Shown here piece after piece: positions 9,820-18,238 of a stretch of DNA of 64,000 nt (within the stretch, counting starts at the first letter, position 1; each line of letters starts with the position of its first letter). The DNA lies in NCBI GenBank assembly GCA_003282205.1, contig QBZW01000001.1, positions 93,205-157,204 on the forward strand, written 5' to 3'. Source of the stretch: Pelagibacteraceae bacterium AG-337-G04 (lineage in GTDB: Bacteria > Pseudomonadota > Alphaproteobacteria > Pelagibacterales > Pelagibacteraceae). The notes beneath the pieces were generated by a model that had not been told where the DNA came from, ran no database searches, and saw only the letters and a list, made by a program, of their open reading frames with translations. A program made the position numbers and the translations under genes.

Positions 9820-11265
9820 ATGGTCTCTAAACTATGGAAAAACTATAATGCTAAAAATGCTTATGATGGTTATTTCACAAAAGATAATAAGCTAAGAAAA
9901 CATGCAACTATAATTTCAGGTATCCTAGAAAGATACGGTAAGAAAAAACTTCAGGAAATAGAAAAGAACTGCCAAAGTACAATTAGTGCAAGAGGAATAA
10001 ATTTTAGAGTTTATGCTGCTAACAATCGTGCGGAAGAAAAAAAATGGCCATTGGATATAATTCCTAGAATAATACCAAAAAAACAATGGAACAAAGTTTC
10101 AAAAGGTTTGCAACAAAGAGTGAAGGCCTTAAATTTATTTATTGATGATGTTTATAATCAAAAGAAAATTTTTAAGGATAATGTAGTACCAAAAGAAATA
10201 ATTTTTAAATCTCCATTCTATGTAAAGGAATGTGATGGATTTTCACCAAAGCATAAAGCCTGGTCAAATATTTCAGGAGTTGATTTAATAAGAAATTCCA
10301 ATGGTGATTATTTAGTTTTAGAGGACAATTTAAGAGTTCCATCAGGAGTTTCCTACATGCTTGAGAATAGAATGGTAATGAGGGATGTTTTTCCAGAATT
10401 ATTTACAAGATATAAAGTTGCTTCTATCCATCAATACACAAACAAATTATTTAATTGCATGGTTGAATGTATTCCAAAAAAAACATCAAATCCTCATATG
10501 GTTGTTCTAACACCAGGTATTTATAATTCGGCCTACTTTGAACATTCATTTTTAGCTGAGCAAATGGGTATAGCTTTAGTGGAAGGAAAAGATTTGTTTG
10601 TTGAAAATGATATTGTCTATATGAAGACAGTCAAGGGACCCCTTAAGGTTGATTGTATTTATAGGCGATTAGATGACAATTTTTTAGATCCAAAAGTTTT
10701 TTTTAAAGGATCATTAATTGGTGTTCCTGGACTTTTTAAAAGTTGGAGAAAAGGAAATGTCGGTGTTATAAATGCGATAGGAACAGGTGTGGCTGATGAC
10801 AAAGTTGTTTATTCTTACGTAAATAAAATGATAGTTTATTATTTAGGAGAACAACCTATTTTGAATCAAGTAGAAACATACCTTTGCCACAACAAATCTG
10901 AGAGAGATTATGTAATTGAAAATATTGGTAAATTAGTTGTAAAGCCTGCAAATGCATCTGGGGGTTATGGAATTATGATTGGTCCAAAAGCTCCAAAAAA
11001 AGAACGAGAGGAAGTAATTGCCAAAATTAAGAAAAATCCAAGAGAGTATATTGCTCAACCATTAGAAACTCTTTCAACAGCTCCAACAATAACTGAAGAT
11101 GATATAGAACCTAGGCACCTTGATTTAAGACCTTTTGTTTTAAGTGGAAAAACTACATACGTAAGCACTGGTGGACTAACTAGAGTAGCTCTAAGAAAAG
11201 GTAGTACAATTGTAAATAGTTCTCAAGGTGGTGGTTCTAAGGATACACTTATTGTTGAAACATAA
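9820..11265 (+). CDS. Circularly permuted type 2 ATP-grasp ligase
   Basis: PLDIIPRII, GLQQRVKALNLFIDDVY, VLEDNLRVPSGVSYMLENR, LTPGIYNSAYFEHSFLA, YRRLDD, SGGYG, HLDLRPF and VNSSQGGGSKDT motifs; 481 aa, no fused alpha-E domain. Confidence 0.93.
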   Translation: MVSKLWKNYNAKNAYDGYFTKDNKLRKHATIISGILERYGKKKLQEIEKNCQSTISARGINFRVYAANNRAEEKKWPLDIIPRIIPKKQWNKVSKGLQQRVKALNLFIDDVYNQKKIFKDNVVPKEIIFKSPFYVKECDGFSPKHKAWSNISGVDLIRNSNGDYLVLEDNLRVPSGVSYMLENRMVMRDVFPELFTRYKVASIHQYTNKLFNCMVECIPKKTSNPHMVVLTPGIYNSAYFEHSFLAEQMGIALVEGKDLFVENDIVYMKTVKGPLKVDCIYRRLDDNFLDPKVFFKGSLIGVPGLFKSWRKGNVGVINAIGTGVADDKVVYSYVNKMIVYYLGEQPILNQVETYLCHNKSERDYVIENIGKLVVKPANASGGYGIMIGPKAPKKEREEVIAKIKKNPREYIAQPLETLSTAPTITEDDIEPRHLDLRPFVLSGKTTYVSTGGLTRVALRKGSTIVNSSQGGGSKDTLIVET

Positions 11266-11307
11266 TAATATTCATTTTATTTAAGAATTAATCAGCCTAA
11301 ATTCATT

Positions 11308-12099
11308 TTGATGAAAAATAACATAATAATTTTTACTGATCTAGACGGATCTTTGTTAAATACTCAAAATTTTAAATTCGAAAAAGCTAAATCACTGGTT
11401 AAAAAAATTATTAAAGATAGTAATTTTATAATTCCTAATTCAAGTAAAACAGAGTTAGAGATAAAAAATTTTATTAAGAAGTTAAAAATTAAACTTCCTT
11501 TTATAAGCGAAAATGGTTCTGAAATTCATAATCTAAATACTATCGAAAAAAAACTTCCTAAAAAGATTACAATTGCTCGTGATAGAAATACAATTTTGAA
11601 AATTTTTTTAAAAAATATGAGTGAAGAGATTTTAATAAAATGTGATTTTTTATATAAAATGGACAACAAAAAAAAAACTAAAATTTTAGGTTTAAAAGGA
11701 AAAGATTTAATTGCTAGTTCAAAACGAAAATTTACTTATCCTTTTATTTTTAAAGGAGATAATAAACTAAAAAAATTATTATTAAAAAAAACTTACAAGG
11801 CAGGTTTAGGTATTCAACAAGGAGGTAGAGTGATGAATTTAGGCGATAATGTAACTAAAGGGATGGCAATTAAAAAAACATTAAATTTTATTAAATCAGT
11901 TAATAAAAATAAGATTACAACTATTGCTGTTGGCGATAATCAGAATGATTTAAGTATGTTAAAAGTTGTAAAATATCCCTGTATTGTTTCAAATAGATTT
12001 ATCAAAATTAATAACAAAAATAAAATTTATACTAATAAAAAGGCTCCAGAGGGATGGATTGTGGTGGTCAAAAAGGCAATGGATAAAATAAATAAATAA
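11308..12099 (+). CDS. gpgP: HAD-IIB glucosyl/mannosyl-3-phosphoglycerate phosphatase
   Basis: FTDLDGSLL (DxD), NSSKT, ENGS and GDNQNDLSML motifs; adjacent to the synthase. Could equally be called mpgP. Confidence 0.82.
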   Translation: MMKNNIIIFTDLDGSLLNTQNFKFEKAKSLVKKIIKDSNFIIPNSSKTELEIKNFIKKLKIKLPFISENGSEIHNLNTIEKKLPKKITIARDRNTILKIFLKNMSEEILIKCDFLYKMDNKKKTKILGLKGKDLIASSKRKFTYPFIFKGDNKLKKLLLKKTYKAGLGIQQGGRVMNLGDNVTKGMAIKKTLNFIKSVNKNKITTIAVGDNQNDLSMLKVVKYPCIVSNRFIKINNKNKIYTNKKAPEGWIVVVKKAMDKINK

Positions 12100-12113
12100 A
12101 TTAATTTATAAAT

Positions 12114-13334
12114 ATGGGTGATTTTTCTCAAAACGGAATAGTAGCAAATCTTCATGATTTTTCGATACGAAGTACTGAGCAAATCGAAAAAGACTTATTA
12201 AAATTTTCTAAAGAGAGAAAATTAGAATTAATTTTACCTTGTCTTTATTCAGAACTTGAAGGAGATGCATTACCAAACATTGTTAATGAAATAAGCAAAA
12301 CTAAATATCTTAATCATGTCATAATTGGCTTAGATCAAGCTAATAAAGCACAAGCTAAAAAGGCATGGAAATTTTTTAAAAAGTTAAAAACATCTTTTTC
12401 TATTTTATGGAATGATGGTCCTAAATTAAAAAAATTAGATAAAGAACTAAAGAGTATTGATCTTGCCCCAAAACAAATGGGTAAAGGAAGAAATGTTTGG
12501 TATTGCATTGGTATGGCAATAGCTAGGGATGAAGCTAGATCTGTTGCTTTACATGACTGTGATATAAAAACTTATGATAGAAGGTTGTTAGCAAAACTTT
12601 TTTATCCTGTAGAAAACCCATTATTTAATTATGAATTTTGCAAAGGTTATTATCCAAGAATTGCTGATAATAAAATGCATGGAAGAGTAGCTAGATTGCT
12701 TGTTAACCCACTACTCACAGCAATGGAAAAAACAATAGGAAAAAGTGATTACATTGACTTTATGAAGTCATTTAAATACCCATTAGCTGGAGAATTTTCA
12801 TTTAGGAGAAACATTTTACCCGAACTTAGAATTTCATCAGATTGGGGAATTGAAATTGCTATTTTATCTGAAATGCAGAGAAATTATTCATCTAACAACA
12901 TATGCCAAGTAGAGTTAGCTGATAACTACGATCATAAACATCAGATATTATCTATCAAGGATAGTTCAAAGGGGTTATCTAAAATGTCTATTGATATAAT
13001 TAAAACATTAGTAAGAAAACTTGCAACACAAGGCTATTCTTTTAGCAAAGAAACTTTTAGATCAATTAAAGCAACGTATTATAGATCTGCTTTAGATTTA
13101 ATTGATATTTATAGAAGTGATGCTCAAATGAACGGATTAAAGTTTGATTCTCACAATGAAGAAAAAACAGTTGAGTTATTTGCTTTAAATATAATGAAAG
13201 CTGGTGAATCATTTTTTGAAAATCCGATGGATACACCTTTTATCCCAACATGGCATAGAGTAAAAAGTGCAATCCCTGATTTCTTAGACAGATTTAAGGA
13301 AAGCGTTAAAGCAGATAATAAAGAATTTAAATAA
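12114..13334 (+). CDS. gpgS: Glycosyl-3-phosphoglycerate synthase (glucosyl- or mannosyl-PG)
   Basis: MGDFSQNG..LHDF start; LPCLYSELEG, GKGRNVW, LHDCD (DxD), KGYY.R..GRV.RL, YPLAGEF and DWGIE motifs. Sugar specificity not provable from sequence. Confidence 0.82.
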   Translation: MGDFSQNGIVANLHDFSIRSTEQIEKDLLKFSKERKLELILPCLYSELEGDALPNIVNEISKTKYLNHVIIGLDQANKAQAKKAWKFFKKLKTSFSILWNDGPKLKKLDKELKSIDLAPKQMGKGRNVWYCIGMAIARDEARSVALHDCDIKTYDRRLLAKLFYPVENPLFNYEFCKGYYPRIADNKMHGRVARLLVNPLLTAMEKTIGKSDYIDFMKSFKYPLAGEFSFRRNILPELRISSDWGIEIAILSEMQRNYSSNNICQVELADNYDHKHQILSIKDSSKGLSKMSIDIIKTLVRKLATQGYSFSKETFRSIKATYYRSALDLIDIYRSDAQMNGLKFDSHNEEKTVELFALNIMKAGESFFENPMDTPFIPTWHRVKSAIPDFLDRFKESVKADNKEFK

Positions 13335-13343
13335 TCCCAATCT

Positions 13344-14378
13344 TTAACAACCTTTAAAAGATTTAGACATATTTCTTATTAAATCAAAGTATAAATCTTT
13401 TCCTGGGGTTAGAGTTGCACCAAGTGGATCTAAAACACCTGTTTTAATATCCATATCTTTAGCAACAGCATTAATTATATCAGGATTAAATTGTGGCTCT
13501 GAAAATACACATGCAACTTTATCATGTTCTATCACTTCTCTTATTTCTGCTAATTGTTCTGCACCAGGCATTACATCAGTATTAACTGTAAATGCACCAA
13601 GAACATTAACATTAAATCTTTTTTCAAAGTATTGATAAGCGTCATGGAAAACTATTGAAGATGTGCTTTGATTTAAATCAGTCATAACTTCAATAGTAAG
13701 TTTATCGATATCTTTAAGAGCTTTTTTTAAATTACTTTTATAAGTTGAAGCATTTTTTGCATCATTTTCAATTAAATGTTCAACCATTTCATTTAAAATT
13801 ACTTTAGCATTAATAGGGTCTAACCAAATGTGTGGATCATGTTCACCGTGGTGATGTCCTTCATGACCGTCGTGATCATCATGATCATCTTTTTTCTTGT
13901 GGTCGTGATCATCATGGTCATCTTCTTTTTTAGCATGATCATCGTGGTCATCATGATCGTCTTTTTTCTTGTGGCCATGATCGTCGTGTCCATGATCATC
14001 ATGGTCGTCAAAAATATTTCTCTCTCTGAATTTTAATTTGTTTAATCCTTTAATTTCTAATAACTCGATTTTTTCTGCTTTTTTAGCAATTGAGTCTAAA
14101 GGCTTTTCTAGAAAATTTTCTAAATCCTCACCTACCCAAAAAACAATATCTGCATTTTGTAACATTTTTGCATGTGAGGGTTTTAAAGCAAAACCGTGTG
14201 GCGATGCATAACCATCAACTATAAGATCTGGCTTAGCTACTCCATCCATTAAATAACTAGCTAATGAATGAATAGGTTTTATTGATGCTACAACTTTAAT
14301 ATCAGCATTTGCTGATGTAAAAAAAGTTAAAAATGATAAGAATGATAAGATTATTGTGGATTTTGTTAGATTTTTCAT
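13344..14378 (-). CDS. znuA: Zinc ABC transporter substrate-binding protein
   Basis: Signal peptide; VVASIKPIHSL, SPHGFALKPS, His/Asp-rich loop, DPHIWLDP and FHDAYQYF motifs. Confidence 0.96.
   Translation of the reverse strand: MKNLTKSTIILSFLSFLTFFTSANADIKVVASIKPIHSLASYLMDGVAKPDLIVDGYASPHGFALKPSHAKMLQNADIVFWVGEDLENFLEKPLDSIAKKAEKIELLEIKGLNKLKFRERNIFDDHDDHGHDDHGHKKKDDHDDHDDHAKKEDDHDDHDHKKKDDHDDHDGHEGHHHGEHDPHIWLDPINAKVILNEMVEHLIENDAKNASTYKSNLKKALKDIDKLTIEVMTDLNQSTSSIVFHDAYQYFEKRFNVNVLGAFTVNTDVMPGAEQLAEIREVIEHDKVACVFSEPQFNPDIINAVAKDMDIKTGVLDPLGATLTPGKDLYFDLIRNMSKSFKGC
13866..13973 (-). repeat. Three imperfect 36-nt tandem units within the ZnuA His/Asp loop (HKKKDDHDDHDD / HAKKEDDHDDHD / HKKKDDHDDHDG)
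   Basis: Read directly: units at 13938-13973, 13902-13937 and 13866-13901. Confidence 0.9.
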
Positions 14379-14397
14379 AATATTGTTTTTTAATTTT

Positions 14398-14430
14398 TGT
14401 TATAATATAACATAATGTAATAATATAACA
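14398..14430. promoter_or_regulatory. Two tandem Zur boxes between divergent znuA and znuC
   Basis: Perfect 7-1-7 palindrome TGTTATAATATAACA (14398-14412) and a one-mismatch copy TGTAATAATATAACA (14416-14430); both match the proteobacterial Zur consensus TGTTATAnTATAACA. Confidence 0.88.
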
Positions 14431-14450
14431 TCTTGAAGTCAAGTGGATAT

Positions 14451-15197
14451 ATGAGTTTAGAAAAAAATATATTAGTAAAGTTAAATAATGTTGGGATTCA
14501 ACAAAATGATAAGTGGCTCGTAAAAGGAGTTTCGCTGGAGGTTGAAAAAGGAAAAATAGTAACTTTAATTGGACCCAATGGTTCTGGGAAAAGTACAACA
14601 GCTAAAATTGCTTTAGGTATATACAAAAATATAGAGGGAAATGTTGAAAAATTTACAAATAATGTTGGATATGTCCCTCAAAAAATATCGATAGATTGGA
14701 CTCTCCCTTTAAGAGTCAAAGATTTCATGGTTTTGACAGATAATATTAAAGATGAATTGATAGATGTTGCTTTGTCATTAACCGGTGTTACACATCTTAA
14801 AGAAAAAAATTTAGGAAATTTATCAGGGGGTGAATTTCAAAGAGTTTTGCTTGCAAGAGCCATATCAAAAAAACCAGAATTATTAGTTCTGGATGAGCCA
14901 GTTCAAGGAGTAGATTTTACTGGAGAAATTGCACTGTATGAATTAATTAAAAAAATCTCCGAAAAACTTAATTGTGGAATATTATTAATATCTCATGATT
15001 TACACACTGTCATGACTGCAACAGACCATGTTGTTTGTTTGAATGGACATGTCTGTTGTTCAGGTTCACCAAAAGATGTAGCACGCAATAATGAATATAA
15101 AGCTTTATTTGGGGAACAAGCTTCTCAAACATTATCTGTTTATGAGCACAAACACGACCATGAACATTCAAATGACGGAGAAATAAAAAAAAATTAA
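14451..15197 (+). CDS. znuC: Zinc ABC transporter ATP-binding protein
   Basis: GPNGSGKS, LSGGEFQR, LDEP and C-terminal HKHDHEH motifs. ATG at 14451 preferred over the TTG at 14433. Confidence 0.95.
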   Translation: MSLEKNILVKLNNVGIQQNDKWLVKGVSLEVEKGKIVTLIGPNGSGKSTTAKIALGIYKNIEGNVEKFTNNVGYVPQKISIDWTLPLRVKDFMVLTDNIKDELIDVALSLTGVTHLKEKNLGNLSGGEFQRVLLARAISKKPELLVLDEPVQGVDFTGEIALYELIKKISEKLNCGILLISHDLHTVMTATDHVVCLNGHVCCSGSPKDVARNNEYKALFGEQASQTLSVYEHKHDHEHSNDGEIKKN

Positions 15198-15198
15198 T

Positions 15199-16002
15199 AT
15201 GTTTGATGACTTTTTTATAAGAGCTTTGGTTGCTGGTATTGGGATAGCGTTTGTTACTGGACCACTTGGATGTTTTGTTGTTTGGAGAAGATTATCTTAT
15301 TTTGGAGACACATTAGCTCACTCTGCTTTACTTGGAGTAACAATTGCTTATACACTTGAATTCAATATTGCAGTTTCAATATTTATTACCTCATCAATAA
15401 TTGCACTTATTTTAGTTAAACTTGAAAAAAAAACTAATTTACCAGGTGACGCCTTATTAGGACTTTTAGCTCATTCATCTCTTGCGGTTGGATTAGTTGC
15501 TATTGGATTTTTAACATTTATTAGATTTGATATAATGGGATTGTTATTTGGTGATATTTTAGCAGTAACTACTGATGATTTACTTACAATCTGGATCGGG
15601 GGTGCTTTAATTTTATTGGTTTTAAGATTTATATGGAAACCATTATTTGCATCAACTGTAAATTATGAATTGGCTGAGGCAGAAGGTTTAAATCCAGATA
15701 GAGCTAAAGCTATATTTACAATTTTAATAGCAGCAATAATTGCAATATCTATTAAAATGGTTGGCTTATTGCTTATTACAGGAATGTTAATCATACCAAC
15801 TGCTATGGCTAGAAACTTATCAGATAACCCACAAAAGATGGTTATATTTTCAATAATTGGCGGGTTACTGTCAGTATTTATTGGGCTATTCTCCTCATTA
15901 GAATTCAATACTCCATCTGGTCCTTCTATCGTAGCAGCTGCGCTAGTATTATTTATTTTTTCATTATTTAAAATTAAACAAACGATTCAATTGAAAAATT
16001 AA
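15199..16002 (+). CDS. znuB: Zinc ABC transporter permease
   Basis: GPLGCFVVWRRLSYFGDTLAHSALLG, LFGDILAV and PSGPSIV motifs. Confidence 0.96.
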   Translation: MFDDFFIRALVAGIGIAFVTGPLGCFVVWRRLSYFGDTLAHSALLGVTIAYTLEFNIAVSIFITSSIIALILVKLEKKTNLPGDALLGLLAHSSLAVGLVAIGFLTFIRFDIMGLLFGDILAVTTDDLLTIWIGGALILLVLRFIWKPLFASTVNYELAEAEGLNPDRAKAIFTILIAAIIAISIKMVGLLLITGMLIIPTAMARNLSDNPQKMVIFSIIGGLLSVFIGLFSSLEFNTPSGPSIVAAALVLFIFSLFKIKQTIQLKN

Positions 16003-16026
16003 TGAAGTATTATAAAAAATAATAAT

Positions 16027-16419
16027 ATGCAAAAACAAGAAACATTATCTAGAAACCAAAAAATAATATTAGATTTAATAGAAAAATCTGATCAACCATT
16101 AAAAGCATATTCAATTTTATTTGATGTTAAAAAAAAGGGTATTAATGCACCTTTGCAAGTATATAGAGCTCTGGATAAATTAGTGGAGATTGGAAAGATA
16201 CATAAAATAGAAAGTAGAAATGCTTTCATTGCTTGTAAAAATTCAAAATGTCAAATTGCAAAAGCTACTGTTTTTTCAATTTGTGAAAGTTGTGAAGATG
16301 TAACTGAAATTCATGATCATAAACTATCAGAACACTTAAGAAATTTTAAAGATAACAAAGGAATGAAATACAATAAATACAATTTGGAATTTTTTGGCCT
16401 GTGCAAGAAATGTATATAA
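16027..16419 (+). CDS. zur: Fur-family zinc uptake regulator
   Basis: KAYSIL..PLQVYRALDKL..IHKIES wHTH, CESC and C-terminal CKKC; within the znu locus. Confidence 0.88.
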   Translation: MQKQETLSRNQKIILDLIEKSDQPLKAYSILFDVKKKGINAPLQVYRALDKLVEIGKIHKIESRNAFIACKNSKCQIAKATVFSICESCEDVTEIHDHKLSEHLRNFKDNKGMKYNKYNLEFFGLCKKCI

Positions 16420-16423
16420 ATAA

Positions 16424-16963
16424 ATGAAAATAAGCAAAGGCGACACATTAGAAGAAATCTCATTACCAAAACCTGATGGTTCAATTTTTAATTTATCTGA
16501 AACAAAAGGTAAAAAAGTACTACTTACTTTCTACCGTATAGCTGGATGTAGCTTTTGCAATTTAAGATTGAATGAATTGAGTAAAAGATTTAGTGAATTT
16601 GGAAATAATTTTACACATGTTGGAATTTTTCATTCCCCAGTAGATAATTTAAAATCTTATATGGATAAACATGGCGAACTACCTTTTACAGTTTTAGCTG
16701 ATGAAAATTTTGAATATTTTAAAAAATATGAAATTGAAAGATCTATGTCAAAAACATTGAATGCAATGTTATTTAAACCTCACAAAATCATTCCAGCAAT
16801 GATGAAAGGATATATTCCAACAAAGATTAAAGGTCATTTTGATATTGCTGTAACTGATGTTCTGATAAACGAACTAGGAGTTGTTGAAGAAGTATATTAT
16901 GCTCAAAAAGATATAGCAGATCATTTTGAGTTTGAAAAAATTAAGCAGTTTGCACTCAATTAA
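16424..16963 (+). CDS. AhpC/TSA-like redoxin (thioredoxin fold, CxxC)
   Basis: LLTFYRIAGCSFCNLRL and LPFTVLADE motifs. Confidence 0.8.
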   Translation: MKISKGDTLEEISLPKPDGSIFNLSETKGKKVLLTFYRIAGCSFCNLRLNELSKRFSEFGNNFTHVGIFHSPVDNLKSYMDKHGELPFTVLADENFEYFKKYEIERSMSKTLNAMLFKPHKIIPAMMKGYIPTKIKGHFDIAVTDVLINELGVVEEVYYAQKDIADHFEFEKIKQFALN

Positions 16964-16970
16964 ATAAATA

Positions 16971-17564
16971 ATGAAAGTTGAATATTATTTTAGTGTCCTA
17001 TCTCCCTTTAGTTATCTAGGAGCTGATAGATTTACAAAAATAGTAAGTAAATATAATTTAGAGGTTATAGAAAAACCGCTTGATTTAGTTGGCGAAATAT
17101 TTCCAAATACTGGAGGATTGCCAGTTCCTAAAAGACATCCTGCTAGACAAAAATATAGACTTGTAGAACTGGAGAGAATCTCAAATAAACTAGGTTTGCC
17201 AATTATTAAAAAGCCAAAGTTTTTTCCACCTAAAGACCCACACTTACCAGCAAAATTTGTAATAGCTTCAAATAAAATGGGCAATAAACTTCATTTTGGA
17301 AATGAATGTTTAAAATATTTATGGTCTATGGATAAAGATCTTTCTGATCACAATACACTTCAGGAAATTTGTGAAAAATTAAATTTAAACTTTGAAGAAA
17401 TGAAGAAATTAGCTTTATCTGAAGATGTAAACTTGGAGTATCAAAAAAATTCAAAAGATGCGGTTGATAATGATGTATTTGGCGCTCCTTCGTATGTTTT
17501 AAATAATGAGATTTTTTGGGGTCAAGATAGATTAGATTATCTTGAAGATGCATTTCTTAAATAA
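16971..17564 (+). CDS. DsbA-like / 2-hydroxychromene-2-carboxylate isomerase (GST-kappa family) protein
   Basis: YYFSVLSPFSYLG, VFGAPSY and IFWGQDRL motifs. Confidence 0.87.
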   Translation: MKVEYYFSVLSPFSYLGADRFTKIVSKYNLEVIEKPLDLVGEIFPNTGGLPVPKRHPARQKYRLVELERISNKLGLPIIKKPKFFPPKDPHLPAKFVIASNKMGNKLHFGNECLKYLWSMDKDLSDHNTLQEICEKLNLNFEEMKKLALSEDVNLEYQKNSKDAVDNDVFGAPSYVLNNEIFWGQDRLDYLEDAFLK

Positions 17565-18237
17565 GTGAATATCCAGAGGATCTTACTGTTCTAATTAGTT
17601 CTTTTGTATTATCAATATTAATCGACTTTCTTAATCTTCTTATATGAACATCAATAGTTCTGCTTTCCACGTTTATGTTGTTTGGCCAAACGTTTTCTAA
17701 AATTTGATCTCTTGAATATACTCTTTTAGGGTTGCTTAAAAAGAATTCTAGTAGTCTAAATTCTGTTGGCCCAAGTTGTATTTCAATGTTTTTTCTAAAC
17801 ACTCTCTTCTCAAATCTATTTAATTTTAAATCTTCAAATTCCAAACTATTTGAAACAACTTTAGGATCATATCTTCTTAATACAGCTTTTATTCTTGCTA
17901 AAAGTTCGTTGAAACTAAATGGTTTGGTTAAATAATCATCAACACCACTATCTAATCCTTTTATTTTATCTTCCTCTTCTCCTTTTGCTGTGAGCATTAT
18001 TATGGGTAGGTTTTTATGACTTGAGTTATTTCTAATATTTTTGCAAATATCAATTCCAGATAAATCTGGAAGCATCCAATCAAGTAAAAGCAAATTTGGT
18101 TCAAACTTTTTTAAATCTTTTAAACCATCATTACCATTGGTAGATGAAGCTACTAAAAAACCCTCTTTTTCTAAATTATGTTGAACTAATTGTATTATTG
18201 AAGGTTCATCTTCAATAATAAATATTTTACCATTCAT
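17557..18237 (-). CDS. phoB: Phosphate regulon response regulator PhoB
   Basis: IIEDE, LLDWMLP, MLTAKGEEEDKIKGL..GVDDYLTKPF and RTIDVHIRRLRK motifs. Likely start ATG at 18237 (MNGKIF), right after the phoU stop. Confidence 0.96.
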   Translation of the reverse strand: MNGKIFIIEDEPSIIQLVQHNLEKEGFLVASSTNGNDGLKDLKKFEPNLLLLDWMLPDLSGIDICKNIRNNSSHKNLPIIMLTAKGEEEDKIKGLDSGVDDYLTKPFSFNELLARIKAVLRRYDPKVVSNSLEFEDLKLNRFEKRVFRKNIEIQLGPTEFRLLEFFLSNPKRVYSRDQILENVWPNNINVESRTIDVHIRRLRKSINIDNTKELIRTVRSSGYSLI

Positions 18238-18238
18238 T

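Noticed and set aside
13820-14036. ORFs 13820..14011 (-) and 13830..14036 (+) with odd Met/Ile/Thr-rich repeats
   Set aside because: Alternative-frame and antisense shadows of the znuA His/Asp repeat; no independent evidence.
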